IMG/VR virus record: IMGVR_UViG_3300042564_003366
Span: 8,400-72,399 of that record
DNA length: 64,000 bases
Source: a virus
Reading direction: 5' to 3' (one strand)
Shown here: piece by piece, positions 39,543 through 50,800 of the stretch
Layout: the number at the start of each line of letters is the position of its first letter
Numbering within the stretch: position 1 is the stretch's first letter
The notes under the pieces: model-generated
The model's database searches: none
Seen by the model: the letters and a program-made list of their open reading frames with translations, nothing else
Told to the model about the DNA's origin: nothing
Translations under genes and position numbers: made by a program

Positions 39543-42236
39543 TAGGTGTTTTATTTCATTTATCACATCTTGTGTTGTAATGCTTTTTTGGCATTCGTGT
39601 TGTCTTGGTGTATCTTTATGTATTGGGCACCAGTTCCAATCACCTTTATCGAACTTAAAGTTGGGGTTTGACCAACAGGAGTTGCAAACATTATGATTAT
39701 ATATTCTAATGCAATTTGTTTTAAATTCGTGGTTTACGTCTGAGAAATTTCCAATAACGGCTGTTTGTTTGTTTAATGCCCAAGATAGCCAACTTAGACC
39801 ACTTGCAAGACCGATGAAGAATTCTGAATGGTGAATATAATTCATTACATTTTGTATATTATAATTGGTTGGGGTTAAGGCGTTTTTGACGTTGTTTCCT
39901 TCTTTGGAAACATTAACAACGGTATAATTTAATTTATTTAAGTATTCTGTTAATTCATTCCATCCATTTGGATATTGCCAGAATTTAAGCGCAGCGGTTG
40001 AATCGGTGGCTATTGTTATGTATTTTTCTTTTAAGGGTCGTGGTGAGGCTTCTAGGTGGGTAATTGGTCTTATTTCTTTGTGTTCCAATCCTAGAATATT
40101 TGTTGCTGCCATTTGTAATGGTATGGTATTTGGCAATATGGGTTCCATATCAGGGTTGTAGAACCATCCTAGTGCATATTTTGCATATATGTTATGAACA
40201 ACTTTGCCTGGGGTTGTAAATTCAATATCTGGGTATGTTTTTTCAAATAATTCATTCCAGAATGTTGAGGTGATAACATGACAATTATGTTTATCTTTAA
40301 ATTCTTTGATATAAGGCATCCAAGCTACGGTATCTCCCAATGATTTTGAATCCATTGCAATATAAACCCTTTTGTTTTGGAAAGATATTGGGATGATTTC
40401 AGTTTTGTTATTTTGTGTTATGGATATTTCCCAATCAATAAAGTATTTTTTTGATGCTCTTGCCCAATTATTTCTTCCAATATTTGTTGTATATATAATA
40501 TTATTTGTTTTCTTATCTTTAAATGATATATCATATCTTACATTTGGTCCCCCCTTTATTTCAACAAATGGACCATCAATAAAATGGCAAATAATGGTTG
40601 GAGTTGCCACAGTTTTGTCAACTTGGTAAATATCATAAGATGCAAAATGGTGAACGCCTTCCAAATCAAATAAGGTTTTTGTTGGGGTATTGGTATCATT
40701 TATTTTAAAATTATGAGCATTTAAGGTTTCATATGTTTTTAATTCAAACATTTTGAAATTTTCATAAAATGATTCTTTTGATTGGAATAAATTAAAATAT
40801 TGAAGCATCGGGTTAATATTCCCCGAGAAGAAATTTGTTCTATAACCCATATCATCATTTGGATAAAATTTAAAATCAAAATCATCCAATATGTTATAAT
40901 GATTTGTTAATGTGTTTTTGTCTGGGATAACATCATAATTTATGATATGAATTTTCTTTTTATTTAATCCATTTGCCAATAATAATCCTTGTTGGATTAA
41001 TTTATATACCGCATAACTATGTTCAAACGGCATTGGATATTCATCTTTTTGATTTGTTTTGGGATTTAATACCCATCTATTGAATATAACATTGTGTGTT
41101 TCATATTCTGATGCCATTAATATGGGATTATCTTGGGAATACAGTACATAATCACAAGATTGTTGAATTTGGTCATCAACGGGGAAATTGCAAGATAATA
41201 TAATATCAGTATCAATTGAGGATAGGCAACGTTGTAGAAGATTTTGTCTTGATAAGTTATTGCAATGAGCCAGAACGATTGTTATTTCATCTTCTTTCTT
41301 ATCATTATTTTCATTTAATAAATCAATTAATATTTGTTTATTTTCAATTGGATTATCTGTTGAATATCTTGCCCTTTTATCGTAATACCCTTCATAAGTT
41401 TCAAGATCCTTTGTTATTAACTTTAAATTATGTGCCAAAGCCTCTTTTAAGGATATTGGGTTTAATTCAAATTTTGATGGAAAATAGAATAAATCAGCAG
41501 CAGCGTAATAATCATAGGTATTATCCTTTTCCCCGTGCATAATGCAATTGGATGGCAAGGTGCTTAATAATGGTTTCCAATAATGTTCAAAATTGCCAGC
41601 CATATTGCCAACAAAGTGAAATAATATATTTTCATTTGCGCATAGTTTCGCCACCTCGATAATCTCACCTTGGTTTTTTCCTTCCGTAAATAAGCCAACA
41701 TGAAGAACATGTTTGAATTTGGGATCAAAACCCAATTTCTCTTGTGCCAGAAGTTTATTTGATTTTATTTTTGGAACGGGGTATTCCCATATTGTATTTG
41801 GGGTGTTTAATGAATTGAATTTCTTTTTGCTCCATTCTGACACCAAAATGTATTTATCTGGTTGGTATCTAATATCATTTGGATTTGTGAATGAGCCGTG
41901 GGTGGTTACAAATATGTTATAAGGTCTATCTTCGATAAATATTTTATCCAAAATGGAATCTGGTAAATCAAATTCTGGAATTTCTTGGAAATGAATTATG
42001 TCTGGGGAAATATCATTAATGATATCAAGTATTTTTTCTTTATTTTCGGGTAAGGTATATACTGTAACTAGTTCTTTTATTTTGTTTTTCTGAACAACAT
42101 AATCATTTGTTACATTTTTTATTTCAATAACTGATATGTTATATTTTTTCTGAAAATAATTAATTTGTGTTAATAAATATTGGGGCAATCCACCAGTTGA
42201 TAAGTGTGGTGTTATGAATAAAAGTTTTTCTTTCAT
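39537..42236 (-). CDS. multidomain glycosyltransferase: GT4-like + unknown middle domain + AAH/TibC-type (BAHT) O-heptosyltransferase-like domain
   Basis: N-terminal PHLSTGGLPQY, HVGLFTEGKNQ, DLFYFPSKFELNPISLKEAL. C-terminal FIDGPFVEI, SLGDTVAWMPY, FFIGLASGLSWLSW and CNSCW-x-WCP-x-HEC iron-finger Cys set. ATG at 42236. Confidence 0.85.
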   Translation of the reverse strand: MKEKLLFITPHLSTGGLPQYLLTQINYFQKKYNISVIEIKNVTNDYVVQKNKIKELVTVYTLPENKEKILDIINDISPDIIHFQEIPEFDLPDSILDKIFIEDRPYNIFVTTHGSFTNPNDIRYQPDKYILVSEWSKKKFNSLNTPNTIWEYPVPKIKSNKLLAQEKLGFDPKFKHVLHVGLFTEGKNQGEIIEVAKLCANENILFHFVGNMAGNFEHYWKPLLSTLPSNCIMHGEKDNTYDYYAAADLFYFPSKFELNPISLKEALAHNLKLITKDLETYEGYYDKRARYSTDNPIENKQILIDLLNENNDKKEDEITIVLAHCNNLSRQNLLQRCLSSIDTDIILSCNFPVDDQIQQSCDYVLYSQDNPILMASEYETHNVIFNRWVLNPKTNQKDEYPMPFEHSYAVYKLIQQGLLLANGLNKKKIHIINYDVIPDKNTLTNHYNILDDFDFKFYPNDDMGYRTNFFSGNINPMLQYFNLFQSKESFYENFKMFELKTYETLNAHNFKINDTNTPTKTLFDLEGVHHFASYDIYQVDKTVATPTIICHFIDGPFVEIKGGPNVRYDISFKDKKTNNIIYTTNIGRNNWARASKKYFIDWEISITQNNKTEIIPISFQNKRVYIAMDSKSLGDTVAWMPYIKEFKDKHNCHVITSTFWNELFEKTYPDIEFTTPGKVVHNIYAKYALGWFYNPDMEPILPNTIPLQMAATNILGLEHKEIRPITHLEASPRPLKEKYITIATDSTAALKFWQYPNGWNELTEYLNKLNYTVVNVSKEGNNVKNALTPTNYNIQNVMNYIHHSEFFIGLASGLSWLSWALNKQTAVIGNFSDVNHEFKTNCIRIYNHNVCNSCWSNPNFKFDKGDWNWCPIHKDTPRQHECQKSITTQDVINEIKHLL

Positions 42237-42306
42237 TTTTATAAGTAAAATAACATTTTTTTTTGCTAAAATCAATATTTTATATGTAATAAATCAAAAT
42301 ATTTGT

Positions 42307-42314
42307 TATTTATA
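42307..42314 (+). promoter_or_regulatory. TATTTATA candidate late promoter
   Basis: Starts 29 nt before ATG 42336. Confidence 0.5.
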
Positions 42315-42335
42315 TGAAATAGTAAAGTAAGTTTA

Positions 42336-44573
42336 ATGTTAATAGATAATTTGTATAATGGTGGTATTTTAAGTAATGAAATTAAATATGATTTAATGCA
42401 TTGTGGGTTTCTTGGTGGGGCTAAAATTAATATTGATTTTGGTGAAACAAAGGAAATTAAAAATATTGCTAAATTAGATAAAGTTTTAAGTTACAATATT
42501 GAATATAAGAAATATGAATTAAATTTAGTAGTTGATACGCACATAAAGAAAGTAGATAAAGTTTATGTAATAAATAAAAATATTATATGTGGGGAAACTC
42601 AAAAATTTTATGTAGATAATTTTGGTTGGAAGAAAGCGAAGGATTTAGTCATATCAGATAAGATTTTTAATGTAACAGAATATATTACTATTGAAGATTT
42701 TGAGATAAGGTATGAGGATTATATTTTATATGATTTAACAATTGAGAAGAATCATAACTTTTTTGTTTTGGGCAATTTGGTCCATAATCAAATTAATATA
42801 TCAGCAACCCCAACAAGTTCAGTTACCCCCACCCCAACGCCAACTATAACACCAACCATAACAATTACTCCAACAATATCAGTAACAACAACTATTACTC
42901 CAACTATAACACCAACCAGAACGGTAACTAGGACAATAACTCCAACACTAAGTATTACGGAGACTGTATTTCCGACAGCAACACTTACTAGAACTCCAAC
43001 CATATCAATAACCCCAACAATAACACCAACAATATCAATAACAACAACTATAACACCAACTAGAACGATAACGCCAACCATATCAATAACGCCAACCATA
43101 TCAATAACACCAACTCAAACCATAACGCCAACTCAAACCATAACACCAACGAGGAGTATTACTCCAACTATCACAAATACAATAAGTGTAACCACAACCC
43201 CAACAATAACTCCAACCATATCAATAACCCCAACAATAACACCAACAATACCAATAAAAACATTATTCCAAGATTGTAAAAATAATTCAATAAAGTATAG
43301 ATTTAGTTCTATTGGTTTGACATTTAATGTAGGGGAAATTTATGAGGTAAATGGTAATGGATTGCACTTTTTTGGTCAAGTTATTGCTTATGCCGAGCAA
43401 GGTACATTATACAGTTCAAATGGTATTGTATTCACAGGGCCACATACGGTATGTCCAAGTTTTTGTTTAACAAATGAATATACTTTATTAGATGGTTTTG
43501 CTGGTAATTATAAATCTGGTGGAACATATAATTCTAAAATATACTACACTGGTGACACTAGTGGCTTTGTTTATTATAATAATAGTGAATGGTGTTTAAG
43601 TGATAGTTTAGGGGGTGATTGTATAATAAATGGTAAATCACCTTGTTTTTCTATTACCCCAGACTTTAATTCATTAATCATATATTCAGGCTATTGTGTT
43701 ACACCAACGCCAACGCCATCAGTAATAAGTAGTATTAATTTTGATGCTTCTTTTACTTGTGAAATTGATATATCGCCAACCCCATCAATAACAAGAACGA
43801 TAACACCAACTGCATCATTAAGTGTAACGCCTAGCACTAGTATAGTTTATAACGAGAACATAGATTTATTATTATCTGGTTATACACCAAATTTAACCGT
43901 AACTCCAACCGTGACACCTTCTATTACCCCAACTGAACCAATACAAATATTGGGGGCAGTTACATTTAATATGTTGGAAAATAGGTTTGCCAGAAATGGT
44001 GGTGTTAAGGTATTAAAAGATTGTAATTCTGGTGTATATTATTATGTTTCGCAAGATTTAATATATAATGGGCAACCAATTTTAACTGGTAAAATATTGA
44101 GGTTAAATGCCCAAGGGAATACAATTTGTGTTAATTACATTAGGGATAATGACAATTCTAGCACGAATTTATTTTTTGATGAAATAATTTCGGTTGGGGA
44201 TAGTTGCTCAACATGTGTAATATCACCAACACCAACAATAAGCATAACGTCATCAGTTAGTGTAACGCCATCACAATCAATTATGCCAACACCAAGTTTA
44301 TCAAGTAATTTGGTTTTTGTATTTGAAAGTTGTGGAGTTATATCACCAAGTATAAAGAAAAGCCAATTGGTTCAAACACAGCCATATGCGGAAATGTTAA
44401 ATATTGGTGATGTAGTTAAAGACTTTAATTTAAATTGCTGGGTATTTTTGGGGTATTTTAATAATAGTTATATACCAAGTAGTGATTTTATCTCATTAAC
44501 ATATAATGGTAATTATTTTAATAATTATGAATCAAATATATATATAAATTGTCAAAATTGTACAAATGGATAA
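42336..44573 (+). CDS. Hint-domain (intein-like) protein with mucin-like Thr/Pro tracts and Cys-rich modules
   Basis: CGFLGGAKI...K.I......DKVLSYN...W..A.DL...D...YDLTIEKNHNFFVLGNLVHN, followed by about 150 aa of TP repeats. Confidence 0.82.
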   Translation: MLIDNLYNGGILSNEIKYDLMHCGFLGGAKINIDFGETKEIKNIAKLDKVLSYNIEYKKYELNLVVDTHIKKVDKVYVINKNIICGETQKFYVDNFGWKKAKDLVISDKIFNVTEYITIEDFEIRYEDYILYDLTIEKNHNFFVLGNLVHNQINISATPTSSVTPTPTPTITPTITITPTISVTTTITPTITPTRTVTRTITPTLSITETVFPTATLTRTPTISITPTITPTISITTTITPTRTITPTISITPTISITPTQTITPTQTITPTRSITPTITNTISVTTTPTITPTISITPTITPTIPIKTLFQDCKNNSIKYRFSSIGLTFNVGEIYEVNGNGLHFFGQVIAYAEQGTLYSSNGIVFTGPHTVCPSFCLTNEYTLLDGFAGNYKSGGTYNSKIYYTGDTSGFVYYNNSEWCLSDSLGGDCIINGKSPCFSITPDFNSLIIYSGYCVTPTPTPSVISSINFDASFTCEIDISPTPSITRTITPTASLSVTPSTSIVYNENIDLLLSGYTPNLTVTPTVTPSITPTEPIQILGAVTFNMLENRFARNGGVKVLKDCNSGVYYYVSQDLIYNGQPILTGKILRLNAQGNTICVNYIRDNDNSSTNLFFDEIISVGDSCSTCVISPTPTISITSSVSVTPSQSIMPTPSLSSNLVFVFESCGVISPSIKKSQLVQTQPYAEMLNIGDVVKDFNLNCWVFLGYFNNSYIPSSDFISLTYNGNYFNNYESNIYINCQNCTNG

Positions 44574-44874
44574 TCTTAAAGTTTTTATCAATGGTTTAAC
44601 TGGGGCTAGTCCTTTTCATATATATATATGTCAACCAAATATAAATGAATGTTTTTATGTGAATACTATAACTGGTACTACATATAACTTTGATATACCA
44701 AAACCTTTTGATAACAACACATCATATTTCTTGAAAGTTATTGATAATAATGAAAATATAATTATTGGATTTATGGGGATAACCCCAACCCCAACTATAA
44801 GTATAACACCAAGCATTACACCATCAATAAGTTTAACACCAACACCCACAGCAAGTGTTGTCGGTGGGGCTTAA
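44566..44874 (+). CDS. small beta-rich protein, paralogue family A, with Thr/Pro tail
   Basis: I.GLTGASPFHIYIC...F.IP..F......KVID.N pattern plus a TPTPTISITPS tail. Confidence 0.75.
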   Translation: MDNLKVFINGLTGASPFHIYICQPNINECFYVNTITGTTYNFDIPKPFDNNTSYFLKVIDNNENIIIGFMGITPTPTISITPSITPSISLTPTPTASVVGGA

Positions 44875-44899
44875 ATAAACTAAAATGAATTTTTAATAA

Positions 44900-47800
44900 A
44901 TGGCATATAAAATAATATCATTAGGTACACCAGGTCAAATTGATGTGCCATCAACATGTTTAGGAACAACGGGTTTAACAAAATATATTGATGAAACTTT
45001 TGCTATAACAAATGGTTTAATAATCTATAATGATACAAATTTAACAACACGAACATATACATCTAATCCGGGGGGTTATTCATTAATAATAGATGGGTTG
45101 TTTAAGTATGCTGTAACATTTGACGAGAGTGGAACGGTTAGCGTAGTAACTAGTTGTGGGATACCAGCATCATTAACCCCAACACCAACAATATCAATAA
45201 CACCAACAATAAGCATTACTCCTACAATAACACCAACAATATCAATAACACCAACAATAAGCATTACTCCTACAATAACACCAACTAATACAATAACGCC
45301 AACTATTACTATTACATCATCGGTAACACCAACAGCAGGTTTATCTCCAACACCAACAACAAGTTTAACGCCAACCATAACACCAACCATAACTCCTACA
45401 ATAACAATTAGCCCAACGATATCATTAACACCCAAATCAACACCAATTGGCCCTGAATGTGATATTCCTATAACAATATTACCATTAGAAGTTATTTGTG
45501 ATCCAACAGATGCTACTTGGCCTAATTGTGATGATGGTCAAATTTCCTTAAAAATAAAAGGTGGTACGCCACAATATAAAATATATATAAATGGGGTTCT
45601 AACAACTGAAGACCCAATAATTAATTTAAAACCAGGTGTTTATGAAATACGAGTGGTTGATTTTTATGGTGATTACATTGTAGTAATTTTTTGTGAAGTT
45701 AAATGCCCATCACCAATATCGCCAACCCCAACAAAGAGCGTTACACCTTCAAGAGTTACACCAACCCCAACAAAGAGTGTTACCCCTTCAAGAGTGACAC
45801 CAACGCCATCTAAAACAAGGGTTACACCAACGCCCACAATGACACCTAGCCCAAGTGGTCAACCTTGTGTTGTTATGCTTATGGGGGTTGATGATAAATT
45901 GCTATATAGTTTTAGTTTAATTGGTGAAAATTGGTATGAAACACCAGAGCCAAAGATTTTTGATGTTGCGGCATATTCAGCAGCACACAATGGGGTATCA
46001 ACATGGGTTGTTGGTGGTGAGGCAACTGAAGCAAGGTTGGCTTATTCGTATGATGGGATAAATTGGACATCTATTGCAAACGGTTCATCTATATTTGAAT
46101 CGAGATGTAGTGTAGTTATACATGATGGTAGTAAATTTATAGCAGGTGGTGGCGGTGACTACGGAGGTCAAATTGCAACATCGCCAGATGGAATTAGTTG
46201 GACAGTTGTTGCAGAGGATCTTTTTGATGGTGGTGATTGTTTAACATTGTCATACAATGGTAGCATATATGTTGCTGGGGGTTCAGGTTTTATTACTAGT
46301 TTGGCTTATTCAAATGATGGAATTACTTGGTTGCCTATTGCTGGTAGTGGAGCATTAATGTTGCTTGTTAAATCTATTGCAACAAATTGTTCTGGGTTTG
46401 TTGCTGTTGGTGGTAACACTGATAATAGTCCTACGGGTAATACCATATTAACATCTGAAGATGGGATTAAATGGGTTGGTGAAGGTGTTGACGATATTGG
46501 TACGGGTAATTCAGTTGTTTGGAATGGTTCAAATTGGGTTGCTGGTGGTGAAAGTTTTGGTGGTGTTTTGTCATCGTATATCGTTTCATCAGATAGTCAT
46601 ACTTGGACACCAATTGAATTTGATACTATTGTAACTGCATTACATTGGAATAATAGACGATTGTTTTATGGTGGTGAACCAGATGGTAATTTACCAATTA
46701 AGAATTTATATAAGACAGCACCCCAACCAGGGAGTTACACAGATAAGAGTGATTTAATTACACCATATGCACAGAATATGGTTAATTTCATTTCATCTAG
46801 GTATTCTGGATGTTTGGGTTATAATGAAGATTGTATTCCGCCCGAACCATCACTTAGTGTAACACCATCTATAACACCAACAATAACACCAACCAAATCA
46901 ATAACAAGAACACCATCAATAACACCAAGTATAACGCCAACAATATCAATAACACCAAGTATTACACCAACAATATCAATAACACCAACAATTACGCCTA
47001 GTATATCAGTAACTAGAACCGTTACTCCAACAATATCTATAACAAAAACACCTACCCCAACGACAACAACGCAACCAGATGAGTGTGTTGTATTGGTTGT
47101 AGTTCCAAATGTACCAAATAACCCATTAGTATCTGATGGTGTTAAGGTTTATAGATTTAAAGTTGATACTGGTGCAACTACATTATATGCTGATTTAAAA
47201 GATGTAAATAATGATCCAATATTTGCGAATGATATTGCGATGACCGAAACCAAATTCTGGTTATACAATGCATCAAACCCCAATATAATTCACGAGTATA
47301 ATATTACTAGATTACTTAACCCTTGGACTTATTCGTATAGTAGAAAAATAACAGCAGATGTTAATTTAGGTAAAGGATTAGCAGCAAAAAATAATACCAC
47401 ATTAATTGGTGGGGGTTACACACTAGATTCAAATAATGTTTCCACGATATATGAATTTGATATATCTGGTTCTCAAGCAACTAAAAAGCCTCTTTTTGAT
47501 TTACCAGGTGGGGGATCAATAGTTGAAGGTGATTTATATTACAATAAACAAAACGGTGTAATATATGCTGTTTATTACAGACTAATAAATGACCCAAATA
47601 ATCCAGGACAACAATTATTAGAATCAAATATTGGTATGTTTGACCCTAATAAGAATGGAGCAAATAAATTAGTTAGAAATTATACATTACCATTTAGCGG
47701 TGTTCTTACAATTTTCGTTGATAGAGGTAGACTCTTTATTGTTGAAAATCAAGAGGACACTAAAAATGTGGTTTATCAAATTGATTGGGTCACATTAGCA

Positions 47801-50800
47801 CCAACACTTTTTAATGTTAATGTTGGATTAACTGATTTGTTTAGGGGTGGTGCAGAGTCGGATGATTGTAGAAAAATATTATGTAATGAATTAGTCAAAA
47901 GTCAAGATTATGGTAATTATGGTTTCCCAATTGAATTTGAAATTCAATTAGATAGATTAGTGGGGGGGACCGTTAATTTTAAATATACTTCAGCAGATAA
48001 ACCAACAAGATTTATTCTTGTTTTTGATGGTCAACCAATTGTTGATACTGGGTATGTTGGTGCTCCAATATATGGGCATAAAGTTCCGCCACAAACAGCA
48101 GAAAGAAATTTATTTACAACATCTCTAAATGGTAAAATTGACCCAATAACGGGTAATTTTTATCCAAATTCTTCGACAACAGACCCAGCACCAGATAATT
48201 TCCCAAACATTAATCAAACGGCATTAAAATCGTTTATTAAGAATTCTTCAACATCAACTCTAGTAGTTAGAGTATATGCGCCATTAGACCAAACAATATG
48301 GTCATTTGAGGTTAGTTGTCCAATACCACCAACACCAACTCCAACGAGGACAAAAATTGTACCATCTTTAACCCCAACACCGACAAGACCAGACCCAGAT
48401 GGGTGCATACCATGTAACAACAATGTTCAAATCAAGGGTACTCAAACATATGGTAAGAAATATTGTATTATAGTTCCAAATAATGGTTTGGTTGAATTTT
48501 ATTTTGAAACATATGTAAATCCTGATAGGTTTATTATTGAATATGAAGGTGAAATTATTGGAGACACAGGTTTTGTTGGATTAGAAGCTGATAGTGCAAC
48601 TCCTGGGTTTGGTAGAGGTGGGGGTAATAGACTATTTTTCCAACGAGGTGTAGTTAATGATTTAGAACCTATTACTAATATAACATATCCAAATATTTTA
48701 GCAAGAGATACTTATAAAACCCCACCAAATGATGATTCTGTTGGGTATCCAGTTGTTCATAGTGTTAGTTATACACCTGAACAAATACAAGGTAATCCAA
48801 TGCCATTTGTAAAGGTAAGTACAGGTTATAATAATTGTGATTTTTGTCTATATGGTCCTTGTAGAGGTCAAGGGTTAACTGATAGCAAATGTGGAACCAT
48901 TTCGTTTGTAAAAAATGGAGTGTCAGATAAAATATATGTTTATGCTTATGGACCAGAAAGTAATACTGAGTGGTTTTTTAGAATGAAATGCCCACAACCG
49001 TATAAGTGTGATCAAGTTGTGTATCCTGATACAACATTTAATTGTTATTACAGCACTTACGCTATAAGTGGTGATACAGTTCCAGGTCTTGTTAGATTTG
49101 AGAGTATTTCTAAAAATACACCAGTTAGGTTTATCCTTAGAGACCTAAATAAGACACAAGTTGTTGATACTGGTTATATTGGTGATTTGAAATATAATAT
49201 AGGTGGAGGTGAAAGAAATATTTTTAATACATCTTTGGTTGGTAAACTAGATCCCTACTTAAATCAAAATTATCCTATAGCATATGATGCACAAAATCCA
49301 AGACATATTAAAATAGCAGCAGATGGTTATCCTATTGTTTATGCGACAAATGAATTTGAAGAGTATTTTTATAAAAAAGATAATCAACCAATTACAGCAT
49401 ATGTTGATGTTTTTGACCCATTATGCCAATATGATTGGGAGTTCATTGTATTGTGTCCTTGTGAATTGGATTGTTTTGATGATCCTACACCACCAGACCC
49501 ATCAGTATCGGTAACACCATTAAATAGTATCACACCAACACCTACTATAACTAAAACTATAACAAGTACACCATCAGTAACGCCAACGGTAGGGTTGTCT
49601 CCAACACCAACAAGAACGCAAGCACAACAACTTGATTGTTTTGATTGTTCTAATGTTCAATATGCAGGAGGGCAAGTATATCCAGCAAGGTATTGTTTTA
49701 ATATAGGTACAGATATAAATCAAGTTGTTCCTCTTAATTTTAATACAATAAATTACCCCGATAGGTATATTGTAAAATTTGATAATAATTTTGTTATTGA
49801 CACAGGGTATGTTGGTTCAACTGGGTATGGTTATGGTGAACCATTAAGAGGTGATTTTATATCAACATTATTGGGTAAAATTGACCCAATTAGTGGTTTG
49901 GGTTATCCAGATGTTAATATACCAAATACTGAAAGTGATGGATTTCCAATCATTTTTGGTAGTAAGGTTACTTCACGTAATTTTGTAAAAAATACAAATA
50001 CTAATATTGTTTATGTTGAGGTTTATGCACCAATGTTAACAACACAATGGTCTTTCTCACTTGGGTGTGGAGTTAATAATCCAGATGAATTAATACAAAA
50101 TTCAGTATTAAGTCCAACATTAACACCTATGCCTAGTATAACCCCTACCTTAACGCAAACGAATAACCCATACGCAAATATATGTAGAGTGTTTTCTGCT
50201 GGTAGAGACTTAACGGGTAACAATAGATGTTTAGTTGCTTGTGAAACAAGTAGTCAAATATTTGGTAAATATTTAACATTTAATGGTTCTATTGGTTCTA
50301 TTTATTATGCTAATCAAACGGCATGTGAAACTAATAATCAAAGATTGTGGGGTTTTGAAAGGACATTTGTCGTAAATGGCATATGTTATACAATAAATGA
50401 TTCTGGGGCTATAGTTAGTTCAACTTTATGTCAAGTTGTAACCCCAACGCCAACACCATCAATAACACAAACAAATTCATCACAAGAATTAATTAATGCG
50501 TCTATTGTATTAGGTATTACGTTTACTGGTGTATATAGAATTTATTTTAACCAAAATTTAAGTGGGGTGACACAAACAGATAAATTAGTCAATTTACCTG
50601 ACAATAATTATACTGATATAGCAATATCAGGTACAAAACTTTGGTTAAATAGTATTTTGAATAATAGTATTGATGAATATAATATAACTTTATCGCCTTG
50701 GACTTATTCATATAGTAGAACAATAAATATTTCTAATTATTTAGCAAGTGGTAATGGTCTAGCATATAAATCAAGTAATGTTCTTATTTCAGGAAATCAA

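Noticed and set aside
42402-42788. Canonical mobile intein
   Set aside because: No endonuclease, the +1 residue is Gln, and it is not inserted in a conserved enzyme. Reported as a Hint/BIL-type domain instead.
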